Made by a program: the position numbers and the translations under genes. The notes under the pieces are model-generated. The model saw only the letters and a program-made list of their open reading frames with translations, did not search any database and was not told the origin of the DNA. 64,000 nt of DNA from Camelus dromedarius (lineage: Eukaryota): the NCBI RefSeq assembly GCF_036321535.1, contig NC_087437.1:46998001-47062000 (forward strand). Reading direction: 5' to 3'. This document shows positions 25,570 to 38,025 of the stretch, one piece after another. Position 1 is the stretch's first letter; every line of letters starts with the position of its first letter.

Positions 25570-26105
25570 AACATGGATTTAGTTCCGGTATCTAGAGGTG
25601 GATGCTAAAAAGTATACAGCATGATCCCTGGTGTTTGGGAGTTTGTGATCTAGCTGGAGGAACTGAAGAAAATATACAGGAAACTGAGTAACAGGTGATG
25701 ACAATACCAAAACAAGAGATAACAGTAATTTCCAAAGGAGTTTTGGAAAGTGATAAACAGGTTGACACCTCAATAAAGGGTTTAGGCATTTGAGAGGCAT
25801 TGTGCCACTGGATGGATGCCTGAACAGGATCTGGAAAGACTGAGGGGAAGGAGATGATCAGTTCAAGTGTCACCTTCACTTCCTAGTCTTTCCTGACTGC
25901 CTTGGACCCAGCTATGGCTTCTTTATGTTCCCAGTAAACACTTTACAAGCAGTGGCATTTGTTGCAATGTATTATAATTAATTGCTTATTTGTCTCCTCT
26001 CCTTACTTCCCTCTGAACTACTAAGAGCAAAGCAGGGTTTTTATATTCCTCTTGCCTTGAAAATGCTCAATAAATGTTTACTAAATGCATTTTTGAATGA
26101 TTGAG
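25570..26105. mobile_element. L2 fragments (both orientations)
   Basis: Ends in atgctcaataaatgtttactaaatgc...gaatga, an L2 3' terminus. Confidence 0.55.
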
Positions 26106-26499
26106 AAGCCATATGAGCAAAGATACAGGACAGAAACAAGCAGAGTTGGTCCAAGTTTTATTGGAAGAACTGGCTGTGTCGAAGGTGTTTTCGGAAGACA
26201 ATAAAGATCAGTTTAAATGATTAGAGAGAAGCCCTACGAGGGCGTTCCTTTATCTAGACTGGCATTGTCTTCTCTTGGTTGGTCTCACAATACTAGTTTC
26301 TCCTGGTCAACAAGGTCCATCATTGCCAAGCCCTTTGTGATGAAAAGACAGCACTAACTAGACTTGAGATTGTTCAGTGTTAGTCCTTAGACCTCATTCT
26401 GCCCAATATTGAGCCTGTGACATATATACAAAATGCATTTTAAAAGGTGAAGCCAGCTGACTACAGGATGAATTGGAAAACTAAGAGACTACAGTGAAA

Positions 26500-27055
26500 T
26501 TCCTGTCTAAAAAAAGATAGCAGTGAAGGTTCAAAAGGAAAGACATTAGAGAGGAATGATGGAAAGAAATTGGTACTGGTAAACTGTGAGAGAGGATGGT
26601 GAGGAAAGGGGAAGGGTTAAACAGGACTCTGCATTTCTGCGACAGGATAACTACATGGTTGAAAGAAGTAAACCTAGTGAGCAACCTCTAATGGGTTTGT
26701 TAGAGGGAAAAGACAGTTTGTTCATGTAAAACATTTTGGGAGTGATGCTGAGATACACAGTGGGAGTATCTTAGAAATATGAGAGAGGACCTCTGGAAAT
26801 TAATGGCAATGTAAAAGTAGTGAAAGTTGATGCTCTGAGAGTCAGGAACGTCTCAGTGGCAAAGGAGAGCTCTGGACCAGGACTTAGAAAAGTACCTATG
26901 TGTCTCTGAGTAAGTCACTCAATCTCTTCGCTTCTCTAAAAGGAGGATAACACCTTGCTCTTTACCTCATAGGGAAGATGAAAAGCTCAAATGACGATAA
27001 GACTGCGAAGTGGTTTTAAAAACACGAGACATTATGCTAACATATATTGTTATTC
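26500..27055. mobile_element. L2 fragment (-) followed by MIR (+, ~26895-27055)
   Basis: L2 antisense purine-rich pattern; gagtaagtcactcaatctc...tacctcataggg is the MIR core. Confidence 0.55.
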
Positions 27056-29222
27056 ATTTCCATACTTTATTCCTTGTCCTTCCTATGATCATTTTTCACA
27101 ATTAAAGTAAATCAACACATGGTAGAGTAATAATTTTAACAAGTAAATAATCACCAAAAAAACACACTGTTACTAATGTGAAGAATTAATCTAATTTATG
27201 TTCCATCCTATATCACAGAGACAGTGTAAGAAGAAATATGAAACAGTGTAATAAAGAGCATATAATTTTATTTCTGTAGTTCATTATGTGCCAAGTGTTG
27301 TGCAGTGAGATTCACTGCGGGATATATGGCACAGAGCGTTTATGTAACTTGTCTACAGGTCACATAGCTAGTACCGTATCATCATCAAATCTGAGATGAC
27401 AGTACCATTATTGTTTCATCTACTACTCATAGAGGACAAAAATGCAGCCAATTAAACTACAATATGCCATCAATTGCAATTTGGGCCCCAATTTCAGAGA
27501 TGTTGAAGTATAGAGGAAAGAGGACATCTTATAATTGATGAAATATTGAAGGTGATGGATACTAAATGCTTTTTGTTTGTTTGTTTCTAACCACTGTGCA
27601 ATACCATCTCCCATAGGAAAGGTGATTTATAAATCTCCGTGGCAGGGCTTCATCATTCCTTTAATGCTTGGTGGCACACTCAGTTAGATTTAGAGTCTAG
27701 TTCTATGAGTTTAAAGGCAAGCAAGAAAGGAGACAAATATTGCTCCTCAGCAGCTCCCAATACCTGTCTAGTCTTTCCCATTAGGAAAATCATGGCAGGA
27801 TCTGAGGACTTTCACATTGCCCTGAATGTAAGACCACTGCTGACATCACTCAGTCTTTGGGACTCTAGCCAGGATGGTGCTACTGTAATAAAAAATGATT
27901 AATTGCTCACGAGATTTTTGAGAGACTGAAAATTCTTCTTCACATGGAAGAGAGACCATAAAACCAATCAGTTGTAAAACAGTCTAGTTGAGCTCATAAG
28001 AAGTCTTATGATCAATGAGAATTCAAGATGCATTTCATTGCCTTGCTAGTATGTTTTTATTCTACCAATATTCCCCAGAATGAAGAGTAAGTACCCAAAG
28101 AGTACAAGGCACATTTTGTTTGGCTCCACAATGTGTAATGAAGATTATTTCTGTTGTTTCATCTGCATATGTTTATTTTGAGGTTATTTCTACAAATTAA
28201 TCAATAAATATAATACTGAAACCATTTATGAGCCATATTCTTCAAACAAGAAATTACAGTTTAAGTGGACAACAAAATGTTCTTTTAACATGCATTTATT
28301 ATCTTCTATTCTTTAATGCCATTTCCAACATCTAGTCCTAAAGATCTATCCAAGGCCATATATCAGCATATGATTAGTAGAGGCAACTCTCACCTATGAA
28401 GCCACCATCAAGCCTAGACCAGTTTAGGTGCTTTGGATGTGGACCCCAAAAGGCTATAGGACAAACCAACAACCACAGGGAAAGGGTAGAGAAACACATT
28501 CATCACAGTTGTTTGCAATGAGTTTAAAATTCTGGATAGAATCACAAGAGGTTATCTGATCCAAATAAGACTGTGAGCCCCACAAAGGCAGTGCTATCTC
28601 AGAGTTTCACATTGGGGCTGACGCTTAATAAATGCTGATGGGTGAATGAATAAATGAAAAAATGGCAAATCAGTGATTCTCCATAATGAATTAGATATCT
28701 GCTAAGTTACATACCACACCATCAGGCTGATCAGCTTTGGGGCAGCGAGTGTGGCTGTGACACGGTTTACGGCAGCCAAAAGGGTAGACTGGATGAGTTG
28801 TTACTGGGGACTATGGAGTATGGAGCCCTGAAAGGCTAACATGGTACTTTGGTCAGACAGCTGGATAATCACCATTAGGCAGAGAATAAAGAGAGAAGCC
28901 GAATATCAGGGTTGGTCAAGAGGCCCATAGAGGAAAGCTGAGTGGTCAAGAAAGGATCTGGAAGCCCCAGGTACAAGATAAATGAGGAAACCAAGACCTG
29001 GGAGAAATTCCACTAGGTAATGTATACAGACAGAAATAAACCTTGTGACAACAGATTTCTGTAGAGGACACAGCTTCCATGGGCGTACCCTGTGTGGGCA
29101 CCAAAATCCTGACCTACATAGTCAGGTAGGAGCCATTCAGCTCAGTGTTGTATAATTAACCATATATAACTTACAGGGATTTCTGACCAGGGCTTTATGA
29201 GCAAAAGGATTTATTAAGAATA

Positions 29223-29352
29223 CTCACAGAGAAAAGAATGTGACAATGAGTGTGTATATGTCCATGAATAACTGAAAAATTGTGCTGAACACTGGAATTT
29301 GACACAACATTGTAAAATGATTATAAATCAATAAAAAATGTTAAAAAAAAAA
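29223..29352 (+). mobile_element. Young, heavily 5'-truncated L1 (camelid-like 3' end) with poly(A) and TSD
   Basis: gtgacaatgagtgtgtatatgtccatgaataactgaaaaattgtgctgaacactggaatttgacacaacattgtaaaatgattataaatcaataaaaaatgtt then an A run; perfect TSD aagaata 29216-29222 and 29353-29359. Confidence 0.85.
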
Positions 29353-30897
29353 AAGAATAATTGAAGTCAGATCTTTCAATGAGAATGAAACAGAACATAC
29401 CAGATATAGATTTATATGATAACTTCTAAAGGATACGTAAAGGATATTCAGTTGGTTATACTATCAAACTCCAAGTTCTCTTTCACATGAATATGATGAT
29501 AAGTAACACAGCAGGGAGGTAGCTATGGTCCTTTCACGGCTCCCAAGCTGTTACTTGTTTTGATTGCGAGCAACTGAGATGTACATTCTCAATTTCAAAG
29601 CCCCTGTTACTAATTCTTGGTCTTATTTGCTTGCTTTTAGTGTTTAAGTATTAAATTTTATCACCTTTTGAAACTTTTAATTCCCTTGGCTATACATTTC
29701 ATATACAGTATTTGGGACATAGTTGGTGCCTCAATTAACATTTTTTGAATGTAGAAATAAACAAACAACCATACTTGTGCTATCAAATACTTACTACATG
29801 CTGAACTCTCTGAGGAAAGGAACCACAACTTGGTAAAGTGTGCGATGTCTACTAAAAACAATCCACAGGAGCTTTATGGTTCAAAACGTATTATTCTTAA
29901 GACTATCTCATTTTATTCTTTGTCTTCTACTGACATGAATTACATCAGAGTGAGTGGCGGGTGAGTATGGGGGACAGAAGAAGGAATACTGACTCTATCT
30001 GGAAGGGTCTAGGAAGGCTTCCTGAAGGAGTTGACCTATGAACTGGATTTTGAATGCATAATAGAATTTTTTCAGATAAGATTAAAGAAGAAAAATATCC
30101 CAAGCAGAAGGACTAGCATGTTCAAAGGCAGCTTAGGCAGCATTATCCCCATTTATTAAGGGTTTGATGCTTTGTCAGTGCATGATGGAGCTTGAAACTA
30201 CTTCTGATTTTTAAGTCCTGTGTTATTTCCTCTACAGTCTACTCTCTCTCTGGCTAACAGAGGCTAAACAATCAGTCAGAATATCCTGAAAGACAGAAAC
30301 TATAAAACAGTCACAAGCTTCCTAAGAAATAACTCCCTGGGTCTTTAGAATGATATCCACAAAGACGGAAATCCAAAGACAAGTAATACTCTGGGAAAAT
30401 AAATCTGGAATACAACAGGAAATAAGGACCCAGTATCTGAGGCAACCAACTGAAAAAGAAAGGAAATCAAACAGCTGATAGATGCCCTGAACAAACATAA
30501 TAACGATAGTGATCCTGACAATAATCAAAGCACTTTAAGTCTCCTACATTGGAACACACCCCAGAAAATTAAATTAGTCACCATGAAAATAGACTCATTA
30601 TGATGCCACTAAAAGGAAAAACTGAAAATTTTAAAAAGAGCAAAGCCAGATAAATATTAAAAAAGAAAATAAAAAGAGGAAGCAGAACAAGATTAATAAG
30701 GAAAATAGTACCTTAGAATCCCCTTTCCCAAAATAATAAGAAAAATAATTTTGGACAGATTCATACTGGTTGTTGGCTATAGCTAGATAGAGACCACAGG
30801 TGAATGGGACAGTCCTAACTGGTCATGAGAAATAAAACTCGTACGTGCAGTGAAAGTTCATGGTATAGATGCCCATGTCTTAAAATTAGAGCCACTT

Positions 30898-31188
30898 GGC
30901 AGTGAAACTATTTTGTACAATATTGTAATGGTGAATACATGTCATTATCCATTTGTCCAAACCCATATGTTATACAACATTGAGTGAACCTTAATATAAG
31001 CTGTAGACTTCAGTTGATAATAATGTAATAATACTGGCTCACCAATTATAATGAATGTAGCACACTAATCGAAACATTAATAATAGGAGAAACTTTGGGA
31101 GAGACTGATATAATAGAATTCTTACTTGCTGCTCATTCCTCTGTTAAACTAACACTGCTCTAAGAAATAAAGCCTATTAATTAAAAAA
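30898..31188 (+). mobile_element. L1MC-type 3' end with TSD
   Basis: ggcagtgaaactattttgtacaatattgtaatggtgaatacatgtcattatccatttgtccaaacccata; TSD aaaattagagccactt 30882-30897 vs aaaattagggccactt 31189-31204 (15/16). Confidence 0.85.
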
Positions 31189-33864
31189 AAAATTAGGGCC
31201 ACTTTAAGGTTGTTATAGGCCCTAAAGTTATATCTCACATTTTATCGTCTGTTAAAATGTCCCCACATCCCATGGTAAATATTATTTTTGCTATAAAATA
31301 TTTTCAGAGAACATTTTATAGTTTTATAGTATTGTTATAATTTTGCTTTTTAAATTACTTGAGTGTGACTAATTCATTTAATTTACGATCTTCAATTATC
31401 TAGCAATCACAGCACATACTCAAGAACCCTTGTGATATGAAGATATTTTAACCCACGAATTGTTCAGATACAATAAAATGTTTGTGAATATCAATTAACT
31501 TTGGGTCCTGTTTATATAATGCTATATTTTGAGATAACTAAATATTTTCAAGTTTGGTTTACCATGATTTTTCATATTTGAGGGCCAGCAAATTTTATCT
31601 TTGAACTCGCAAACATTTTTGTAGACACTAAAAAGCCATTAATCCCTGGCATTATATATCTTATCGCCATAATGCCCAGTGTATAAAATAGGCCCCCTTA
31701 AAAGATATATATGTATATAGATTTAAAGTAATAAAGCTAAGTCACTGGCACTAACGCATAAATACATTTATTTTTATGTTACTTTATTTCATATTTATGA
31801 CATTTCATTTTTGTATTTACCTGGTCTCAGTAACAAATTTCTAATCTTAGGAAAAACAGCCTCCAGACATATTATTGCAGCTTCCTGTCCTATGGCATGC
31901 AACTTTTTCAAACCCAGATTTGATCTTCTGTCATTTAAATTGCTCTACGTAGGAATCGTATGATACATACAATGAGACCTCTCATCTTGCTGCCTCCCAA
32001 CACAAACTGTCAGGAATTAAACAGTTTTAAAGTGCCCATTTAAAGAAAAAAATACCAAATAAGATAAAATGAAGTGGAATAAAATGAAATGAGAGGCAAC
32101 CATTTTATATTCTCCAAAAAATACCAAGTCCGTAAACTTGCCTCCAGCCCTCTCCAATAGCTTTCTTCAGAATCAAATGGTTGGAGACTTTAACAAAAAG
32201 AGGGGAACTTAATCTAACCATAAATGGGATTAAGTCTTACACTTCATTACACATCTGAGCATATTTTGTGAAGGAGGAGCTTTTCTCAAGGAAGTACCTT
32301 ATTCAAAATAAGAAGACATTTAGGTCTGAATATTTTAAAATGGTGTTTTCAGTTTAATATGAAAAGCCAGTTCTCATAAAACACCCAGGAAATCAGTGTG
32401 GAAACAGGCATCAAAATCAAGCCTTTTTCCTCTTCATTCTAGTTATTTTATTTTGCTTCTAAATCTGTCTGATAAAAAAAATGGGGCAACAACAGCAAAA
32501 AATGGCGTATCTGGGTAAATCTTTCCATCAGGCTTGTACTGAAGCCCTGTAAGGTGATATGAGGATAAAAAAGACCAAGCATTCAACTTAGGTGATACTG
32601 GCTCAATTAATAGATGTTCATTCATTTATTCATCAATTTATTGCACATTGATGGCAAGAATGTGCTCCATTCTTAACTCTCAGGATATAGATGATAAGTG
32701 AACATCCTTACCCTGAAGAAGCTCAAAATCAAATGTAAAGCTCTGAATAATTTTGTATGAATGTAAATCAATGTATTAAAATAAAGAGTGATTGTTGGCA
32801 GACATTTGATTGCAATACAAAGCCACTGAGAAAAAGTCATTTCACAAGTAGAGCAATAATGGCCAAAGCAGAGAGCTGGACCAAAGAGCAATTAATGATG
32901 TAGGTGGTTAGATCTGTATCAGTGAGAAGAGGAAGACAGGCTGGACAGAGCAGCAAACAGCCCAGAGCACAGCACACATCATTTTCAGTGGCTTGTATCC
33001 CAAGCTCCCAATAAGCAACAGTTTCCTAATGGAGTCAGGATGTAGTGTCTGGCTGCCCTCTACATTCTAAATACAGGCTATGCTGGGCCTGGTGACTTGG
33101 CAGTGTGACCTCACTTAATGAGCACTCTTCCCATCATCATGTACCCAGCCTGGGAGCAGACACTACCTTGGCTGGTACCTGGTCCTGCTCTCAGGGAAGG
33201 AAAGCAGGAAACTGCAGGAAGTAATGTTTTCAAGGCAGCAGATGGTACTCTCCCATATGCCTCAGTACTAAGTATTTTAATGATAGGAGAGGCTATCTTT
33301 TACAGAGAAGCAAATATTTAAAGACCATAGCACTTTGCAGGAAAGCTAGGTGACCTTTGTTTAAAGTCTAATCTACATAGAAACGCTTATGCTCAATTCT
33401 AGGAATTTATCCTAAAGGAACAGCTTGGGAGAAGGAGGAAGTAGGAAATATATGCGCAAAGATGCACATTGCAACATTTATAAAATGAGAAGCAACCTAA
33501 ATGCTCATAGATAGGAGAATGGGGAAATTTTTGTCTATCCAAACTATAGAATATAATCCAATTGTCAAAATGATAGATGTGGAAAAATGGTTCTTAGCTA
33601 AGATTCAGTGAAAATAATATAACCTCCTGTGCTTCTGATGTAATGATGGGTAACTGCTGCAATAGCCTTTCTCTCCAGCCTCTGCAGAGGGAGTCGTAGC
33701 TTTGCAATAGGGAGATGGGTTGCTTTGCTTCCCAGGTCAGCAATGTGACTCAAGAAAGAATAGAATGCAGCAGTCCCTTAAGGAAGAATGTGACAGTCTC
33801 CAAGATGCCAACAGGGCATTTCTGCAAGATTCATTCTCCCTTAGCAGAGGCAGGCAAGGCTGAC

Positions 33865-34115
33865 TGTGCAATATGTAACTACCATTGACTGAGCCCCCAG
33901 GGTTAAGTGATCTTTGTGCTGGGTGCCTTATGCCTGTTACCTCCCTTACCTTCACGGCAGCTCTAGGAAGGTGCTACAGCCCCATTTTACACAGGAGAAA
34001 ACTGAGACCGAGAGAGATTGGATATTATAGACATTGTATCCAACGTTTCTCAATAGGAAAATTGCTGAGTTAGAATCAAATCCAGTCATCTGACTCCATG
34101 CTCTTTCTGCTACAT
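33865..34115 (-). mobile_element. MIR SINE
   Basis: ccccattttacacaggagaaaactgagaccgagagag...atccagtcatctgactcca. Confidence 0.7.
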
Positions 34116-34351
34116 CTGAACACAGATGGTCTCCTATCCCAGGACCTGAACACAGTGGCTTCCAGAGAAACTTCTCTCCTTCACCGTAGACTGTGCAGAG
34201 TTAGAGAAATGAGAGCACAACAGACTATTACAGTTGGAGTCATTCAGAATTCCCTCAGGAAAGCTTTCTTGTTTTACAAATGTGGAAAATGAAACTCAAG
34301 CAGATAAGGTTCTGTTTCAAAACAATATTTGTACGGTGCTTTAAACACAGC

Positions 34352-34722
34352 TGTTACTGGCTGAATTATATCTCCAAAAGTCATTCGTTGAAGACTTAAC
34401 CCCCAGTACCTCAGAATATGACTACATTTGGAGAGGTCTTTAAGATGGTTATTAAGTTAAAATGAGGTTGTTAGGGTGGGCCCTAATCCAGTATGACTGG
34501 TGCCCTTGTAAGAAGAGGAGATTTGGGCACAGACAGACTATGTAAGGACACAGAGAGAAGCAGCCACCTACCAGTCAAGGAGAGAGGCCTCGGAAGAAAC
34601 CCACCCTGCCAGCACCCTGACCTCAGACTTCCAGCCTCCAGGACTGTGAGGAAATAAATTTCTGTTTTTCCAACCACCCGGTTTATAATACTTTGTTACG
34701 GCAGCCCTAGCAAACTAATACA
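34352..34722 (+). mobile_element. MLT1A-like MaLR solo LTR
   Basis: TG...CA ends; gggtgggccctaatccagtatgactggtg, gacttccagcctccaggactgtgaggaaataaatttctg, gcagccctagcaaactaataca; 5-bp TSD acagc/acagt. Confidence 0.92.
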
Positions 34723-35366
34723 ACAGTTATTACCGCTTATGTTATATCCTTAAAATAATTCTGTAAAAGAAATTGGTATCATTATTATTATTATTTTACT
34801 GATACAGAAATTATAGCCTGGAAAGAAAAGGCAAAGGCACTTGGGAACCCAAAAATATTTAGTTTAATTTTTATAAAACAAGAGGGTTATATGATGTCAG
34901 AGAACAGACTTTCATTCTAAATGTGATTCTCCATTCTGAGGCTATGCTAAGCAAAATGTCATTAGAGTAGAATCACAGAATATTAGAGGATGCTTTTTGA
35001 GACTACCCTCTCATTACACAGATGAACACACAGAGGCCTGAAGAGACACTCTTTTGTGCCTGTTGCACCAGGATGTATTCCTTCCTGCAATGCAATTGAG
35101 GGGACTCAAAATCAACAAGTGATTGGCAGCAGTTCAGCTAATTAGTTGCAGTACAGCTCTTATGCATGTAGCTGTAAACAGAACGTCTTAATGTTTTCTT
35201 TACTTAAAAAAGAAACACCAAAATCAAAATGTTATTCTTGTATCATGATAAAAATGAGCTGTCTATTCTCAATTCATAAAAGATACAAAGATTTATAAGC
35301 TCTTGACAGAACCCTCAGGATCATTTTTTAAAATGCTTAAGGTTCTCCTGCAATTCTTTTCTATCG

Positions 35367-35385
35367 TGTCCAGTAGGTGGCACCA
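35367..35385 (+). promoter_or_regulatory. Candidate CTCF binding site
   Basis: tgtCCAGTAGGTGGCACCa fits the CTCF core CCASYAGRKGGCRSY without mismatch. Confidence 0.5.
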
Positions 35386-35442
35386 CTTAAACCACACAAG
35401 GCAAGAGAGCCGTGGAAAAGCTAGACTGCTTGTGATAGAGAT

Positions 35443-35628
35443 TAGTGATTTTCAAATAGGGGTCTCTAGACCAGCAGCATCAGCATCACCTGGGAACTTG
35501 TCAGAAATACAGATTCCTGGGTCCACCCAAGACCATTTAATTATACTGTCTAGGAGTGGGGCCCAGCATTCTGTTTGTAACAAGTCATCCAGGTGATTCT
35601 GTTACATACTAAGCTGTGAAAGCCACTG
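35443..35628. mobile_element. MER5A-like hAT-Charlie MITE
   Basis: gaccagcagcatcagcatcacctgggaacttgtcagaaatacagattc...ccaggtgattctg...ccactg; 8-bp TSD atagagat/ataaagat. Confidence 0.9.
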
Positions 35629-35789
35629 ATAAAGATTATTCACAGAAAATCAGGCATTAGTTTCCTATGTTGAAGCAACATGAAAATATACAATATTACA
35701 AACGTTACTTCCTAGTAAATACAATGCTCTCTTTTCAGATTTGATAGCATGGGCAAACCTCAACAGGGTCTCTGCTGTTGGCCTTGTTT

Positions 35790-36000
35790 TCAATCGCCTG
35801 CCACGGCCCTAGCACCTGACACACATCGACTCACGTAATCTTCACAACAACCCCACATGGCAAGTGTTCTTATCTCTTCTTTTATAGATGAGGAAACAGA
35901 AGTTCTGGGTCCTAAAACTGCCTCATTTACACAGCTAGCAAATGACAAGCCAGGACTCAAAGTCAGCTCAGTCCTAATGCCAGGGCCAAGATTTTCTGTC
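35790..36000 (-). mobile_element. MIR SINE
   Basis: taatcttcacaacaacccc...ttttatagatgaggaaacaga...cacagctagcaaatgacaagccaggactcaaa. Confidence 0.8.
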
Positions 36001-36012
36001 TTTATGCCTATT

Positions 36013-36201
36013 TAGGGTTGTCAGACTTAGTATATATAAATACAGGATGCCAGGTTAAATTCGAATTTCAGCTAAACAACAATCTTTTTAGTATAAAGTT
36101 ATGCCATGCGATATTTGAGACATGCTTATACCAACAAAGTATTTGTTGTTTAGAAGAAATTCGATTTACCTAGATGCCCTGTATTTAATCTAGCAATCCT
36201 A
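36013..36201. mobile_element. MER53 palindromic hAT MITE
   Basis: tagggttgtcaga...aaatacaggatgccaggttaaattcgaatttcagctaaacaac...gttgtttagaagaaattcgattta...cctgtattt...ctagcaatccta; near-palindromic throughout. Confidence 0.88.
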
Positions 36202-37391
36202 TCCCACTGTCTCCTTCAGTTTCCTTTCCAACCAGTTGAAGAAAAAGAAGCTGGAAAAAGGTATTTCCTGAGTGTCTTTAAGAATAAACCTGAGCGTGGG
36301 CTTCACTCCAGAAGCTGCATTTTAACACCATGCCCAAGTGATTTATATGAACATAATGTTCAAGAAGCTTTGGACTGGAATACAGTCCAGAACGATTTTG
36401 ACCTGGAGCTGGGACCACATTCAGATCACCCTTCAGACCTAAGTTCTATGAGGAAAGATGATGTGAGATAGGTTATCAGTTCCTTTTTTTTTTTTTTTTG
36501 CTTTTGTTTGAAATATTGATATAAATTTATATAAGGAAAAAACAAATATTGAAAAATCAATAAATATTTCATTTATAGATTATAATTAAGTTTTTGAGGG
36601 TAGGAGAAACATTGAGCAGAATTTTAGTAAAGTATCTCAAAAAAATCCTTTAATATTAGATTTCAGATCTCTCATTCAAGTCACTAATGGAATATTCACA
36701 GCAGAGGCAATGCTACTCATTTACAGATAAGCATATATATATATTTTTTAGCCATAACATCAAATACGAGACACAGAGGGAGAAAAATAATTTCTCAAAT
36801 GATACATTTACTCACTCAATCACTGTTTATCAAATAGCTGGGGGAAGTGAAATTCCTTCTCCCATTATGACAGACATATACAATTTGTGTAGAATGTCAT
36901 AACATCCTTTTATGCAAAAGTATAAATGATCTTTTTTGGGGAACCAGCCTCAAGCTTCCCAAGACAAGAATGCTATCCAACAGCTCCGCCTACTTGCCTA
37001 CAAAAATCATTATAGCTCAAATAAATGCATGAATTGGCCCATTCAGCAAACATGTATTAATTTTTTACTATGTGCTGGGCTTTGAGGGATGGGCTTATAT
37101 GTAAGAAAAAGGGGACAGGGAAGTTCAGATGTGCAATAATTCAGAGGAGTACAAGCGATGACACTGTCTAGGCTGGGACCTTGAAATAGAGAGAGACAGA
37201 GTAGTGTGTGTGTGCAGAAGGTGGTGAAAAGTGGTTGGATATAAGGCCAGGAAGGCAGGCTGGGGGATCTTATCAGAAAATCCGTGCAGTCTCCAATCTT
37301 GAGCTTACTCTCATTGACCTGTGTCTATCCACAATTATGCAAAAGTAGCATATTTCCATCTATCTGGTTTTATGTAACTTAAAAGTCTTTC

Positions 37392-38025
37392 TGAGATAGG
37401 AAGTGGGCAGGAGACAGCTATTCAAGGAATAACACAACAATTAACACAAGGAATAGCAAAAGATTCAACCCCCAGGAGGCCTTGAGGCTCAAGATGGAGG
37501 GAGATTTGAAGTCTAATAATCCGTGGGCTTCATCATACGCCCATTGTAATACAGCAGCATGGTGAATAACATGCCCACAGGCACCAAGACAGTCCCAAGG
37601 CTAGCCACAAAAGGTCAAAGAGTGGGAAATGGCCAACTTCCTGGGAATCCCAGCCCTTTCCCCAGACTAGTTAGACTGGTCCTTCCACTTATTAAGATAT
37701 AAAGCTACCGAGCCCAGAAAAACTGGCAACATGGCTTGGCTGCTGCCCTCACTCTCTCCCTCTTTGGAAATGGCCCCCACTCTGTCTATGGAGTGTGTAC
37801 CTACTTTTACTCTAATCTGAGCAGCCAACCCCCACACCTCATGCCTTTCTGTTGCCTTTTGATGTATCTTTCTAAATAAATCTACCTTTACTCACCTGTG
37901 GCTCACTCTTGAATTCTCTCCTGCACAAAGCTAAGGACCCACAGTTGGTGGGGTGCGTCCCAGGGGCTCAGCTGCAACCTGGGACACAATCCTCCTCACA
38001 CCCCACATCCATTTTTCCTGCATCA
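37392..38025 (+). mobile_element. MER41-like ERV1 solo LTR
   Basis: tgagatagga...tgcatca termini, 4-bp TSD tttc/tttc, TATAAA 37698-37703, AATAAA 37875-37880; caagatgg, ctctgtctatggagt and gaattctctcctgc blocks as in recalled MER41. Confidence 0.85.

Noticed and set aside
35349..35357. TGCAATTCT as the CTCF upstream (zinc finger 9-11) motif
   Set aside because: It starts 21 bp before the CCAG core, a few bp further than the spacing I recall as canonical.
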